From contig DASQBE010000068.1 of assembly GCA_035635355.1 (NCBI GenBank), positions 1 to 32,356 on the forward strand: 32,356 nt of DNA, written 5' to 3'. The stretch is from Candidatus Binatia bacterium. Lineage in GTDB: Bacteria > Eisenbacteria > RBG-16-71-46 > SZUA-252. Positions 8,537-18,413 of the stretch are shown here, in pieces. Under the pieces are notes generated by a model that saw nothing but the letters and a program-made list of their open reading frames with translations, made no database searches and was not told the DNA's origin. Numbering within the stretch: position 1 is the first letter of the stretch; the number at the start of each line of letters is the position of its first letter. Position numbers and translations under genes: made by a program.

Positions 8537-9783
8537 CCGCGGAAACACCCCGGGATCTCTCCGGGCTCACGATCGATCGCGACGCGCCACCGCCCGAACC
8601 CGGTCCCGGCCGGCGCCTCACGCTCATCGCGCTCGGCGTCCTCGTCCTGGGAGCGCTCTCCTTCCTCGCGTGGCGGGCGACCCATCCCGCCACCCTCACC
8701 GTGGCCGTGGCGCGCGCCGAATCGCTGGGAGGCACTCCCGGCGCCAATGCCACCGAGATCCTGACCGCGAACGGGTACGTGGTCGCGCAGCAGCGGGCCT
8801 CGGTCTCGACCGAGGTCTCGGGCCGCCTGAGCCAGCTTCTCGTGGAGGAGGGCTCGCGCGTCACCAAGGGCCAGGTGCTGGGCATCCTCCAGAACTTGGA
8901 CCAGAAGGCCTCTCTGGAGAGCGCCCGCGCCGCGCAAACCGCCGCGGAGGCGCGCGAGGCGGAGGCGCGGGTGGACGCGCGGCAGACGGCGCTCACGCGA
9001 GGACGCAGCGAGGAGCTCCACGCGCGCGGCCTCGTGAGCCAGGCCGAGCTGGATCAGGCGGTGGCGGCGGACGACGCGGCGCAGGCGCGCGTGAAGAGCG
9101 CCGCGGCCGACGCGGCCAGCGCCCGGGCGCGGGTGAGCTCGGCCCAGGTGGAGTACGACCGCACGTTCGTGCGCGCGCCCTTCGCGGGCGCCGTGCTGCG
9201 CAAGGAGGCCGAGGTGGGGGAGATCGTGAGCCCCCTTCCCTCGTCGGGCGGGCTGACCCGCGGGGCGATCGTGACGATGGCCAATCTCGCCTCGGTCGAG
9301 GCGGAGGCGGACGTGAACGAAGCCTACGTCTCGCGGGTGCACGAAGGAATGCGCGCGGAGGTGACGCTCGACGCCCTTCCGGACGAGCGGTTTCCCGCGC
9401 ACGTTCGGCAGATCGTGCCGACCGCGGACCGCCAGAAAGCCACCGTGCTGGTGAAGGTCTCGTTCGACAAGCTGGATTCGCGCGTGCTTCCGGAGATGGG
9501 GCTCAAGGTGACGTTCCTCGCGGATGCCGCGAGCGCGGCCGCGGCCTCCGGAGGGGCGCCGGTCGCCGCGGCCGTGGCCATTCCGAAAGCGGCGGTTCGC
9601 GATGCCGAGGGACGCGCGGTGGTCTATGTTGTGGAGGACGGTCGCGCGAGGATGCGGGGCGTCTCGCCCCGGCCGCTCGGGCAGGATCGTGTCATCGTGA
9701 GCGGCGGCCTCGCTCCGGGGGAGATGGTGATCGTCCAGGCGCCGGCCGGGCTCTCCGACAAGAGCCGCGTGCGCGTGAAATGA
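8533..9783 (+). CDS. HlyD/MacA-family periplasmic adaptor (membrane fusion protein)
   Basis: GTG at 8533 overlaps the metE stop (GTGA). N-terminal TM helix [19 protein letters not shown], Ala/Arg-rich coiled-coil hairpin region, beta-barrel/MP domains ([26 protein letters not shown]). The exact start is uncertain. Confidence 0.8.
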   Translation: MTAETPRDLSGLTIDRDAPPPEPGPGRRLTLIALGVLVLGALSFLAWRATHPATLTVAVARAESLGGTPGANATEILTANGYVVAQQRASVSTEVSGRLSQLLVEEGSRVTKGQVLGILQNLDQKASLESARAAQTAAEAREAEARVDARQTALTRGRSEELHARGLVSQAELDQAVAADDAAQARVKSAAADAASARARVSSAQVEYDRTFVRAPFAGAVLRKEAEVGEIVSPLPSSGGLTRGAIVTMANLASVEAEADVNEAYVSRVHEGMRAEVTLDALPDERFPAHVRQIVPTADRQKATVLVKVSFDKLDSRVLPEMGLKVTFLADAASAAAASGGAPVAAAVAIPKAAVRDAEGRAVVYVVEDGRARMRGVSPRPLGQDRVIVSGGLAPGEMVIVQAPAGLSDKSRVRVK

Positions 9784-9796
9784 GGACGGAGGACCG

Positions 9797-10483
9797 GTGG
9801 ATTCGAAGAACGGCAATCTGATCGAGCTGCGCGGCGTCACCAAGGTGTATCACCGGGACCGGATCGAGGTGCCGGTGCTTCAGGGCATCGACTTGGCGAT
9901 CCGCGAAGGGGAGTTCGTGGCCCTCATGGGACCGAGCGGCTCCGGAAAATCCACGCTCCTGAACCTGATCGGCGGCATCGACACGCCGACGAGCGGCGAG
10001 GTGCGGGTCGCCGGCGAATCGCTGGGGACCCTCAAGTCCTCGCGGCTCGCTTCGTGGCGCGCCCGGCACATCGGCTTCATCTTCCAGCTCTACAACCTGA
10101 TTCCGGTGCTCACGGCCTATCAGAACGTGGAGCTTCCGCTCCTCCTCACGCGTCTCTCCTCCGCGGACCGGAAGAAACGGGTGACCTTCGCGCTCGGCCT
10201 GGTGGGCCTGGAGGGACGCGAGAAGCACTTCCCGCGGCAGCTCTCGGGCGGGGAGGAGCAGCGCGTGGCCATCGCGCGCGCCATCGTGGCCGATCCCACG
10301 CTCCTCGTGGCGGACGAGCCCACGGGCGACCTCGACGCGAAGAACGCCGCCGAGATCCTGCTCCTCCTGCAGCGGCTCAACCGGGAGCTCCAGAAGACGA
10401 TTCTCATGGTCACGCACGACCCGCACGCGGCCGAGCGCGCGCAGCGGACCCTTCATCTGGACAAGGGCGTGCTGCAGCCGTGA
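9797..10483 (+). CDS. ABC transporter ATP-binding protein (MacB/LolD-type)
   Basis: 228 aa, GTG start. Walker [10 protein letters not shown], signature [14 protein letters not shown], Walker [13 protein letters not shown]. Confidence 0.92.
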   Translation: MDSKNGNLIELRGVTKVYHRDRIEVPVLQGIDLAIREGEFVALMGPSGSGKSTLLNLIGGIDTPTSGEVRVAGESLGTLKSSRLASWRARHIGFIFQLYNLIPVLTAYQNVELPLLLTRLSSADRKKRVTFALGLVGLEGREKHFPRQLSGGEEQRVAIARAIVADPTLLVADEPTGDLDAKNAAEILLLLQRLNRELQKTILMVTHDPHAAERAQRTLHLDKGVLQP

Positions 10484-11628
10484 AGTTCTTCCGGCTGATC
10501 CTCGCCAACCTCATGCGCTCGAAGCGGCGCACGTTCCTCACCACCTTCTCGATCGCCATCGCGCTCTTCCTCTTCTGCACGCTGCGCACCGTGATCACCT
10601 CCTTCGAGGCTTCGCTCCGCGCCTCCGAGGCCACGCGCCTCGTGGTGCGCCACGGCGCCTCCCTGGTCTTCCCGCTGCCGCTCTCCTACGAGGACCGGCT
10701 GGCCCGGGTGCCCGGCGTGACCGGCGTCACCTACGGAAACTGGTTCGGCGGCGTCTATCAGGATCCGAAGAACCAGTTCGCGCAGTTCGCCATGGACGTC
10801 CCGACCATGTTCGATCTCTTCCCGGACACGGTCCTCCCGGAGGACCAGAAGAAGGCGTTCCTGGCGGAGCGCACGTCCTGCATCGTCGGCCGCGCGCTCG
10901 CGAAGAAGTTCGGCTGGAAGATCGGGGACGCCGTGCCCATCCTCGGAACGATCTACCCGGGCGACTGGCGGTTCGTGATTCGTGGGATCTACGAGGGCCG
11001 GACGAAGGACGTGGACGAAAACACCCTCTTCTTCCACTGGGACTACTTGAACGAATCGCTGCCGCAGGGCCGCAAGGATTATGTCGGGATCTACTGGCTT
11101 CGGATCGCGTCGCCCTCCATGGCCGCGGCGGTGAGCGAGCGCGTGGACGACATGTTCCGGAACAGCTCCCAGCCCACCAAGACCGAGACCGAGAAGGCCT
11201 TCCAGGCGGGATTCATCTCCATGATCGGGAACATCCAGCTCCTCCTGACCATCCTGGGCTCGGCCATCGTGTTCGCGATCATGCTGGTGACGATCAACAC
11301 CATGATGATGGCGGCCCGCGAGCGGACCACGGAGATCGCGGTGCTGAAGACCCTGGGCTTCTCGGACGGGCTGATCCTGCGCCTGGTGGGAGGGGAGGCG
11401 CTCCTCGTCTCGCTGGTCGGGGGGGTGCTGGGCTGCGGCCTGGCCGCGCTCATCTTCCACGAGATGGATTTCACGGGCGGAGGGTTCTTCCCGAATTTCC
11501 GCGTCCTCCCGGAGACCATCCTGGCCGGGCTCCTGCTCGCGGTGCTCATGGGCGTCCTGAGCGGCGTGGCGCCCGCCGTGTCGGCGGCGCGGCTCAGGAT
11601 CGCCAACGCGCTGCGCAAGGTGGCCTGA
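10480..11628 (+). CDS. ABC transporter permease, FtsX/MacB-type (4 TM with large periplasmic loop)
   Basis: GTG at 10480 overlaps the ATPase stop (GTGA). [33 protein letters not shown]-terminal TM helix, C-terminal FtsX domain ([31 protein letters not shown]). Confidence 0.85.
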   Translation: MKFFRLILANLMRSKRRTFLTTFSIAIALFLFCTLRTVITSFEASLRASEATRLVVRHGASLVFPLPLSYEDRLARVPGVTGVTYGNWFGGVYQDPKNQFAQFAMDVPTMFDLFPDTVLPEDQKKAFLAERTSCIVGRALAKKFGWKIGDAVPILGTIYPGDWRFVIRGIYEGRTKDVDENTLFFHWDYLNESLPQGRKDYVGIYWLRIASPSMAAAVSERVDDMFRNSSQPTKTETEKAFQAGFISMIGNIQLLLTILGSAIVFAIMLVTINTMMMAARERTTEIAVLKTLGFSDGLILRLVGGEALLVSLVGGVLGCGLAALIFHEMDFTGGGFFPNFRVLPETILAGLLLAVLMGVLSGVAPAVSAARLRIANALRKVA

Positions 11629-11632
11629 CGCC

Positions 11633-12796
11633 ATGCGCATCCCGCTCGCCTACAACATCCGCAATCTGGCGGCCCGCCGGGTGAGCACGATCCTGACCGC
11701 GCTCGGGATCGGGCTCGTCTCGTGGGTGTTCATCTTCACGCTCGCCCTCGCGGGAGGATTCCAGTCGGCGCTCCAGACCACCGGCTCGCCGCAGAACGCC
11801 ATCGTGGTCCGGAACGGGTCCACGGCGGAGGTGACCAGTATCATCGACCGCGAGTCGGCCGCCGCGATCGAGAGCCAGCCCGAGATCGCGAAATCGCCCG
11901 ACGGGAGCGCGCTCGCCACCCACGAGCTGGTGGTTCTCTGGAACCTGCCCCGGAAGAGCGGGACCACCACGAACGTGGTGGTGCGGGGCGTCACCGCGAA
12001 ATCGTTCGCCCTGCGGCCCCAGGTCCACCTGATCCAGGGCCGCATGTTCCGCCCCGGCCTCGAGGAGGTCGTGGTGGGAGCCCTCGCGCACGAGCGGATC
12101 GCACATTGCCTGGTGGGCGACAAGATCCGGCTGGCCGGGCACGAATGGTCGATCGTCGGCGTCTTCGACGCGCACGGAACCTCCTTCGACTCCGAGATCT
12201 GGGGCGACGTTCAGCTCTTCATGCCCGTCTTCGACCGCCCGGTCTACCAGAGCGTCACGTTCCGCCTCGACGAGCCCTCGCATTTCGGGGCGATCCAGAA
12301 GCGGCTCGAAGCCGATCCGCGGATGAGCGTCCGCGTCCACCACGAGGACGAGTTCTACGCGGCACAGTCCGCCACGCTCGCCGCGCTGCTCCGGGGGCTG
12401 GGCCTCTTCGTGACCCTCATCATGGCGCTGGGCGCGGTGTTCGGCGCGCTCAACACCATGTACGCCGCGGTCGGCTCCCGCACCAAGGAGATCGGCACCC
12501 TCCTCGCGCTGGGCTTCTCGCGCGGCGCGGTGCTCGTGTCCTTCCTCATCGAGTCGGTGATGCTGGCGCTCTTCGGCGGGTTCCTCGGCTGCCTCCTGGC
12601 GCTGCCGGTGAACGGCATGGCGACCAGCACGACGAACTTCGCCTCGTTCAGCGAGGTCGCGTTCCGCTTCCAGGTCACGCCCCAGATGCTCCTCGCCGGG
12701 ATGATCTTCGCCGCCGTCATGGGCGCGCTCGGGGGATGGTTTCCCTCGCGGAACGCGTCGCGCCGCGTCATCGTCGAAGCGCTGCGACAGGCCTGA
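11633..12796 (+). CDS. ABC transporter permease, FtsX/MacB-type (second paralog)
   Basis: 387 aa, ATG start. IRNLAARRVSTILTALGIGLVSWVF, C-terminal FtsX domain (EIGTLLALGFSRGAVLVSFLIESVMLALFGG). Confidence 0.85.
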   Translation: MRIPLAYNIRNLAARRVSTILTALGIGLVSWVFIFTLALAGGFQSALQTTGSPQNAIVVRNGSTAEVTSIIDRESAAAIESQPEIAKSPDGSALATHELVVLWNLPRKSGTTTNVVVRGVTAKSFALRPQVHLIQGRMFRPGLEEVVVGALAHERIAHCLVGDKIRLAGHEWSIVGVFDAHGTSFDSEIWGDVQLFMPVFDRPVYQSVTFRLDEPSHFGAIQKRLEADPRMSVRVHHEDEFYAAQSATLAALLRGLGLFVTLIMALGAVFGALNTMYAAVGSRTKEIGTLLALGFSRGAVLVSFLIESVMLALFGGFLGCLLALPVNGMATSTTNFASFSEVAFRFQVTPQMLLAGMIFAAVMGALGGWFPSRNASRRVIVEALRQA

Positions 12797-12844
12797 TCCC
12801 CCCGCGTTGACCCTTCCCTCCGGCGTGTGATAGCGTCGCCGCCC

Positions 12845-13759
12845 ATGACCAAGCCGAAGATCAAAGTCGGAGTCCGGGACAACCGCCTCGGACGCATCCT
12901 CGGGGAGCAGATCCTCGAGCTCCTGCGGCCCCACGTGGGTTCCGCGGTCTTCTCGATCGTCCCCGTGGGGAATTCCTCCGGGCGCGGCCACGCGCACGTG
13001 TTGCGCTGGCCGGGCGCCATGCTCGAGCGCGCGCTGGCGGAGGGCGAGGTCGACATCGCGGTCCAGAACATGAAGGACGTATCGCCGGAGCTCCCGCCGG
13101 CCCTCGTGCTCGCCGCCGTCACCGAGCGGTTCACGCCCTTCGACGTGCTGATCGCCCGCGACGGCACGATCGTGGACGAGCTCCCCGAAGGATCGGCGGT
13201 CAGCGCGCACACGCCGATCCGGCGCGCGCAGCTCCTCCATTACCGCGACGATCTCTCCATCCTCGATTTCTCCGGGACCCTCGAGGAACGGATGAGGAAG
13301 CTGGAGCTGGGCGAGGTGGACGGCCTCGTGGTTTCCGCCTCGGCGGTCGAGCACATGGGGTACCAGGACCGCGTGACGGAGGTGTTCACGACGGAAGTCG
13401 TCGTGCCCGCGCCCGGCCAGGGCGCCCTCGGCATCCAGGTGGCCCGGGCGTCGAAGGATCTCCTCAAGGCGGTGAAGCATCTCGACGACTTGGTCGCGCG
13501 CGTGGAGATCGAGGCGGAGCGCGCCTTCCAGCGCGAGATCACCTCGGATCCCACGGTGCCGGTCGGCGCCCTCGCCAAGCTGGACGGATCCCGTCTGCGG
13601 CTGGAAGGCGTGATCGCCGACCGAGAGGGCCTCAAGGTCTACCGCGACGAAGAAGAAGGGAAGGCGGGCGACGAGGAGCAGATCGGCGTGCGGCTGGCGC
13701 GCCGGCTCCTCCTCGATGGGGCTCGCGGCCTCCTCTCCCCGGCGGAAAGCTCCCACTAG
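12845..13759 (+). CDS. Hydroxymethylbilane synthase (HemC)-family protein; divergent and contains no cysteine
   Basis: HemC-like blocks VDIAVQNMKDV, TPIRRAQLL, VVPAPGQGALGIQV, EAERAF. The GGKGLF loop and the GGC(Q)VPIG cofactor-Cys box are replaced (here SDPTVPVGA). ATG at 12845 preferred; GTG at 12827 is the track start. Confidence 0.65.
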   Translation: MTKPKIKVGVRDNRLGRILGEQILELLRPHVGSAVFSIVPVGNSSGRGHAHVLRWPGAMLERALAEGEVDIAVQNMKDVSPELPPALVLAAVTERFTPFDVLIARDGTIVDELPEGSAVSAHTPIRRAQLLHYRDDLSILDFSGTLEERMRKLELGEVDGLVVSASAVEHMGYQDRVTEVFTTEVVVPAPGQGALGIQVARASKDLLKAVKHLDDLVARVEIEAERAFQREITSDPTVPVGALAKLDGSRLRLEGVIADREGLKVYRDEEEGKAGDEEQIGVRLARRLLLDGARGLLSPAESSH

Positions 13760-13764
13760 CGAAC

Positions 13765-15042
13765 ATGCTCGATCTCAAGCGGATCCGCACCGAGACCGAT
13801 CGAGTGCGGGAAGCGATCGCATTCAAGAAAACGCATGCGGATCTGGACCGCTACCTCCTCCTGGACGAGGAGCGGCGCGAGCTCCTGGTCGAGACCGAGC
13901 GGCTGAAGCACGAGCGAAACGCGGTCTCCGAGGAGATCGGACGCCTGAAGAAGGCGGGACAGGACGCGGCCGACAAGGTCCAGGCGATGAAAGGGGTCGG
14001 CGAGACGATCCGGGAGCTGGACGCGCGGATCGCCGATCTCGAAGGGAGCCTCCAGAAGATCGCCGAATGGATCCCCAACGTGCCGCATCCCACCGTCCCG
14101 CGCGCCGAGGACGCGAGCGGGAACGTGATCGTGCGTGAAGCGGGCGCGATCCGGAACTTCGACTTCGAGCCCAAAGCGCACTGGGAGCTGGCCGAATCCC
14201 TGGGCCTCCTGGATTTCGAGCGGGCGGGGAAGGTCGCGGGCGCGGGATTCCTCCTCTTCACGGGGCGCGGCGCGAGACTCGAGCGCGCGCTCATCCAGTT
14301 CATGATCGATCTCGCGGTCCGGCGCGGCTACACCGAGGTCTGGGCGCCGCACCTCGTGCGGCGCGAGTGCCTCTTCGGCACGGGGCAGCTTCCCAAGCTG
14401 GAAGAGGACATGTACCGGATCCAGGGCGAGGAGCTCTTCCTGAATCCCACGGCCGAGGTCCCGATCACGAACATCTACCGCGACGAGATCCTGGACGGAG
14501 CGAAGCTTCCCATCCGCCACGTCGGCTACTGCGCGAGCTACCGGAAGGAGGCGGGCTCCTACGGCCGCGAGACGCGGGGCATGATCCGGGTCCACCAGTT
14601 CGACAAGGTCGAGCTGGTGAAGCTGGTGCTTCCCTCCACTTCCTACGACGAGCACGAGAAGCTCCTCGCCGACGCCGTCGCGGTGCTGGAGGCGCTGGAG
14701 CTCCCGCACCGGGTGGCCCTGCTGGCCACCGGGGACCTGAGCTTCGCGGCCGCGAAGTGCTACGACCTGGAAACCTGGGCGCCCGGCGAGGGGGGACGCT
14801 GGCTCGAGGTCTCCTCGTGCAGCAACTTCGAGGATTTCCAGGCCCGCCGCGCGGGCATCCGGTTCCGGCCGGAGGCCGGCGGACGGGTGGAGTACGTTCA
14901 CACCCTGAACTCCTCGGGGCTCGCGCTGCCGCGCACGTACGCCACGCTCCTCGAGGTCCACCAGACGGAGCGCGGAACCGTGCGGCTTCCCGAGGCACTC
15001 CTCCCCTACTGGGACGGCGATCGAGAGATCGGGCCCCTCTGA
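13765..15042 (+). CDS. serS: Seryl-tRNA synthetase
   Basis: 425 aa. N-terminal coiled-coil arm, class II motifs (YRKEAGSYGRETRGMIRVHQFDKVE; TLNSSGLALPRTYATLLE). Confidence 0.95.
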   Translation: MLDLKRIRTETDRVREAIAFKKTHADLDRYLLLDEERRELLVETERLKHERNAVSEEIGRLKKAGQDAADKVQAMKGVGETIRELDARIADLEGSLQKIAEWIPNVPHPTVPRAEDASGNVIVREAGAIRNFDFEPKAHWELAESLGLLDFERAGKVAGAGFLLFTGRGARLERALIQFMIDLAVRRGYTEVWAPHLVRRECLFGTGQLPKLEEDMYRIQGEELFLNPTAEVPITNIYRDEILDGAKLPIRHVGYCASYRKEAGSYGRETRGMIRVHQFDKVELVKLVLPSTSYDEHEKLLADAVAVLEALELPHRVALLATGDLSFAAAKCYDLETWAPGEGGRWLEVSSCSNFEDFQARRAGIRFRPEAGGRVEYVHTLNSSGLALPRTYATLLEVHQTERGTVRLPEALLPYWDGDREIGPL

Positions 15043-15049
15043 GGCTCGC

Positions 15050-16345
15050 ATGTCCGGCTCTGGCCGTGAGGCGGGACCGCGAATGGTCCGGCCGCTTTCC
15101 TACAAGATGTTCCTCTTCCTGGCGGTCGTCATGCTCATGGCGGCCCTGGTGCTCCACTCCAATTACCTGATCAGCCGCCTCAACAGCGAGACCCAGAACC
15201 TGTGCACCGTGCTCGCCCGCTTCTTCGCGGTCTCGACCTTCCAGGCCGCCGAGGACCCCGACCTGAACGCGATCTTCCGGGACGTGGTGAGCAACATCAA
15301 TTTCCCGCTCATCCTGACCGACACCGGGGGAATCCCGCGCGCGTGGAGGCTGATCGGGATCCCGTCGTCGGCGGTGCCGGACTCGCTGCTCCAGCGCGCG
15401 GCGGAGACCGGGGTCGTGCCCCCGCTGGTGAGGCGGATCCAGGAGCGCGCCCGAGAGCTGGATCGCCGTCATCCGCCCATCGAGGTTCTGCGGCTCGGAC
15501 ACCCCGGCGTCCTGGGCTACGTTCATTACGGCGAGCCGCCGCTGGTGGCCCGGCTCCGCTGGGTGCCCTACATCGAGTTCGGGGTCGTCCTGGCCCTCTT
15601 CGTGTTCGGGTTCGTGGGATTCCGGGCCATCGCGGACGGCGAGCAGCGGTCCCTCTGGGCCGCGCTCGCCAAGGAGACGGCGCACCAGCTCGGGACACCG
15701 CTCTCCTCGCTCCTGGGATGGTCGGCGCATCTGCGCGAGGCGGCCGTGAGCGGCGAGACCACGCCGGAGCGGGTCGAGGCGATCGCCGCCGAGATCGATC
15801 TCGACCTCGAACGGCTGAACAAGGTCGCGTCCCGCTTCGGGCAGGTGGGCTCGGTTCCGGTGCGGAAGGAAGGGGACCTGACCGAGACGGTCGCCGGCGT
15901 CGTGAGCTACTTCCGCCACCGGCTGCCGCATCTGGGGCACGAGGTCGAGATCGTGGAGCGCTACGACGCGATTCCACGGGTCGCGTTCCACCAGGAGCTG
16001 ATCGAGTGGGTCCTCGAGAATCTGATCCGGAACGCGATCGACGCGAGCGACAAGCCGCACGGTGAGATCGCGATCGAGCTCCACTGGCGCCGCGAGCGGC
16101 GCGAGGTCGAGCTCAGCGTGAGGGACAACGGCCGGGGGATGACGGCCGCGGAGCGCCGCCGGGCGTTCACCCCGGGGTTCAGCACGAAGCGGCGCGGATG
16201 GGGCTTGGGGCTCGCGCTTGCGAGGCGGGTGGTGCGCGAGTATCATCAGGGGCGAATCACCATCGTGGAATCCATGCCCGGCCGCGGGACCACCGTCTCC
16301 GTGGCGCTGCCCGTCGCGCCTTCCTCGAACGCCGGTTCCGCCTAA
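15050..16345 (+). CDS. Sensor histidine kinase (two TM segments flanking a ~140-aa extracytoplasmic domain); PorY-like by context
   Basis: H-box ETAHQLGTPLSSLLGW, N-box ENLIRNAIDA, G1 DNGRGM, G2 GWGLGLALARR. TM helices MFLFLAVVMLMAALVL and FGVVLALFVFGFVGF. Confidence 0.88.
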   Translation: MSGSGREAGPRMVRPLSYKMFLFLAVVMLMAALVLHSNYLISRLNSETQNLCTVLARFFAVSTFQAAEDPDLNAIFRDVVSNINFPLILTDTGGIPRAWRLIGIPSSAVPDSLLQRAAETGVVPPLVRRIQERARELDRRHPPIEVLRLGHPGVLGYVHYGEPPLVARLRWVPYIEFGVVLALFVFGFVGFRAIADGEQRSLWAALAKETAHQLGTPLSSLLGWSAHLREAAVSGETTPERVEAIAAEIDLDLERLNKVASRFGQVGSVPVRKEGDLTETVAGVVSYFRHRLPHLGHEVEIVERYDAIPRVAFHQELIEWVLENLIRNAIDASDKPHGEIAIELHWRRERREVELSVRDNGRGMTAAERRRAFTPGFSTKRRGWGLGLALARRVVREYHQGRITIVESMPGRGTTVSVALPVAPSSNAGSA

Positions 16346-16363
16346 CCCCAAGAGCGAAACGCC

Positions 16364-17935
16364 ATGGCCTCCCAAGACCGAAAGATTCTCTGGGCTGACG
16401 ACGAGATCGATCTCCTGAAGCCCCACATCCTGCTCCTGGAATCGAAGGGCTATCGGGTGACCTCGGTCAGCAACGGCACCGACGCGGTCGCGTGCGCCGC
16501 GCGCGAGAAATTCGACGTGGTGCTGCTGGACGAGTCGATGCCGGGGCTGGGCGGCCTCGCGACCCTCGAGGCGATCAAGGAGCGCGATCCTCTGGTCCCG
16601 ATCGTCCTCGTCACCAAGAACGAGGCCGAGTCACTCATGGACGAGGCCATCGGGAAGCGGATCGACGACTACCTCCTGAAGCCCGTCCGCCCCACGCAGA
16701 TCTTCCTCGCCCTGAAGCGCCTCTTGGAGTCGGACCGGCTCCAAGACAATCAGCGGACGCGGGACTACGTAGCCGAGCTGAATCGGATGCGCGCGGAATC
16801 GACCGGGGGCCTGGACTGGCGTGGTTGGGTGGACCTCTACGTCCGGAGCGCGCAGTGGGACGTGGAGCTGGATCGCGTGGAGGACGCGGGCCTCAAGCAG
16901 GCGCATCAGGATCAGCGGCGCGAGCTGAACGTGGAGTTCGGCCAGTACGTGGAGGCGAACTACGCATCCTGGGTCTCGGGCGGCGCCGGCGGCGGCGCGC
17001 CCCCCATGTCCGTGGACGTGATCGAGCGCTGGGTGGCGCCGCTTCTGCGCGAGAAGCGCCACGTCTATTTCATCGTGGTGGACTGCATGCGCCTCGACCA
17101 GTGGCTCACGGTCGAGCCCCTGGTCCGCGAATTCTTCGACGTCACGGTGGATCATCACGTCTCGATCCTGCCCACCGCGACCCCCTACTCTCGAAACGCG
17201 ATCTTCGCGGGCCTCTACCCGGACTCGATCCAGAAGCAGCATTCCGAGTTCTGGCACGAGGGAGCGGGGGACGAGCGGAGCAAGAACCGCTTCGAGCGCC
17301 AGCTGCTCGATCTGAATCTGAAGAGACTCGGGATCGACCTTTCGTCGCCGCCCAAGTACATCAAGATCTACAACGCCGACGAGGCGAACAACGTCCGGCG
17401 GAACGTGGTCACGTTCCAGAACATCCCGCTCGTCGCCCTCGTGTTCAACTTTCTCGACATGCTCACCCACGGGCGCTCGGAGTCGGACCTCCTCCGCGAG
17501 CTGGCCCCGGACGAATCGGCGTTCCGGTCGGTCATGCGCTCCTGGTTCCTCCATTCCTCGCTCTTCGACGCGCTGAAATGGATGTCGAAGCAGGACTGCA
17601 CCGTGATCCTCACCACCGACCACGGAGCGATCCTGAGCCGGCGCTCGGCGCTGGTGTACGGGAACCGCGAGACCTCCACGAATCTACGCTTCAAGTTCGG
17701 GACGAACCTGACCTGCGACCCGAAGTTCGCGGCCCAGGTCAAGGATCCCGCCCGGTTCCGGCTTCCCGCGGACGCGAGCAACAAGAACTACATCATCGCC
17801 AAGGAAGACTTCTATTTCGTATACCCCACCAATTTCCACGAATACGAGAACAAGTACCGGGGGAGCTTCCAGCACGGAGGCATCTCGCTGGAGGAAATGA
17901 TTCTCCCCACGGCCGTCCTCACGCCGCGAGGCTGA
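16364..17935 (+). CDS. Response regulator with C-terminal PglZ/alkaline-phosphatase-superfamily domain (PorX-type architecture)
   Basis: REC domain (ILWADDE, VVLLDESMPGLGG, LLKP), then a helical linker and PglZ-like motifs FIVVDCMRLDQW, PTATPYSRNAIFAGLYP, DMLTHG, LTTDHG. 523 aa, close to the PorX size as I recall it. Confidence 0.85.
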   Translation: MASQDRKILWADDEIDLLKPHILLLESKGYRVTSVSNGTDAVACAAREKFDVVLLDESMPGLGGLATLEAIKERDPLVPIVLVTKNEAESLMDEAIGKRIDDYLLKPVRPTQIFLALKRLLESDRLQDNQRTRDYVAELNRMRAESTGGLDWRGWVDLYVRSAQWDVELDRVEDAGLKQAHQDQRRELNVEFGQYVEANYASWVSGGAGGGAPPMSVDVIERWVAPLLREKRHVYFIVVDCMRLDQWLTVEPLVREFFDVTVDHHVSILPTATPYSRNAIFAGLYPDSIQKQHSEFWHEGAGDERSKNRFERQLLDLNLKRLGIDLSSPPKYIKIYNADEANNVRRNVVTFQNIPLVALVFNFLDMLTHGRSESDLLRELAPDESAFRSVMRSWFLHSSLFDALKWMSKQDCTVILTTDHGAILSRRSALVYGNRETSTNLRFKFGTNLTCDPKFAAQVKDPARFRLPADASNKNYIIAKEDFYFVYPTNFHEYENKYRGSFQHGGISLEEMILPTAVLTPRG

Positions 17936-17939
17936 CCTC

Positions 17940-18413
17940 GTGGACCCGGCCCGCCGTTCGCTCCTCCGCGGAGCGGAAGAGACGCAGTCCCTGGGGCGCC
18001 TCCTCGGCCGCCACCTGAAGCCCGGCGACTGGGTGGCCTTGAGCGGGGACCTGGGCGCGGGCAAGACCACGCTCGTCTCCGGCATCGTCGAGGGGATCCA
18101 TCCCGGGATGCGGAGCCGCAGCCCCACCTACGTGCGCGTGGAGGTGTACGGCGGGTCGCCTGCGATCGTTCACGCCGACCTCTATCGTCTGGAGAGAGCC
18201 GAGGAGTGGGATACGCTCGGGATCGAGGATCTGGCGTCGGACGGAGCGATCGTGGTGGTGGAGTGGGCGGAGCGGGCGCCGGGACGGCTTCCGGAGGATC
18301 GGCTGGATATCGCGATGGAGTACGCGGGGCCCGACGCGCGCGAGGTCCGCATCGAGCCGCGGGGCGAGGCGTGGGCGCGCCGGCTTTCGGAAGGAGCGCT
18401 CGACCCGGCATGA
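17940..18413 (+). CDS. tsaE: tRNA t6A37 biosynthesis ATPase TsaE (YjeE)
   Basis: GTG start. LSGDLGAGKTTLVSGIV P-loop, SPTY, HADLYRL motifs. Confidence 0.88.
   Translation: MDPARRSLLRGAEETQSLGRLLGRHLKPGDWVALSGDLGAGKTTLVSGIVEGIHPGMRSRSPTYVRVEVYGGSPAIVHADLYRLERAEEWDTLGIEDLASDGAIVVVEWAERAPGRLPEDRLDIAMEYAGPDAREVRIEPRGEAWARRLSEGALDPA

Noticed and set aside
11594-13756. Very long antisense ORFs: 11594-13756 (-) 720 aa, 28096-30534 (-) 812 aa, 21798-23858 (-) 686 aa, 14465-16426 (-) 653 aa, 1427-3499 (+) 690 aa, 7016-8548 (-) 510 aa, and others
   Set aside because: Their translations are Arg/Gly/His/Asp/Pro-rich low-complexity strings with no recognisable motifs. Each lies opposite a gene with clear family signatures. 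Long stop-free antisense frames are expected in DNA this GC-rich.
16364-17935. The PglZ domain as a marker of a BREX phage-defence island
   Set aside because: The PglZ domain is fused to a receiver domain and paired with a histidine kinase (PorX-type architecture). No pglX, brxA/B/C or brxL-like genes are nearby, and the flanking genes are housekeeping.
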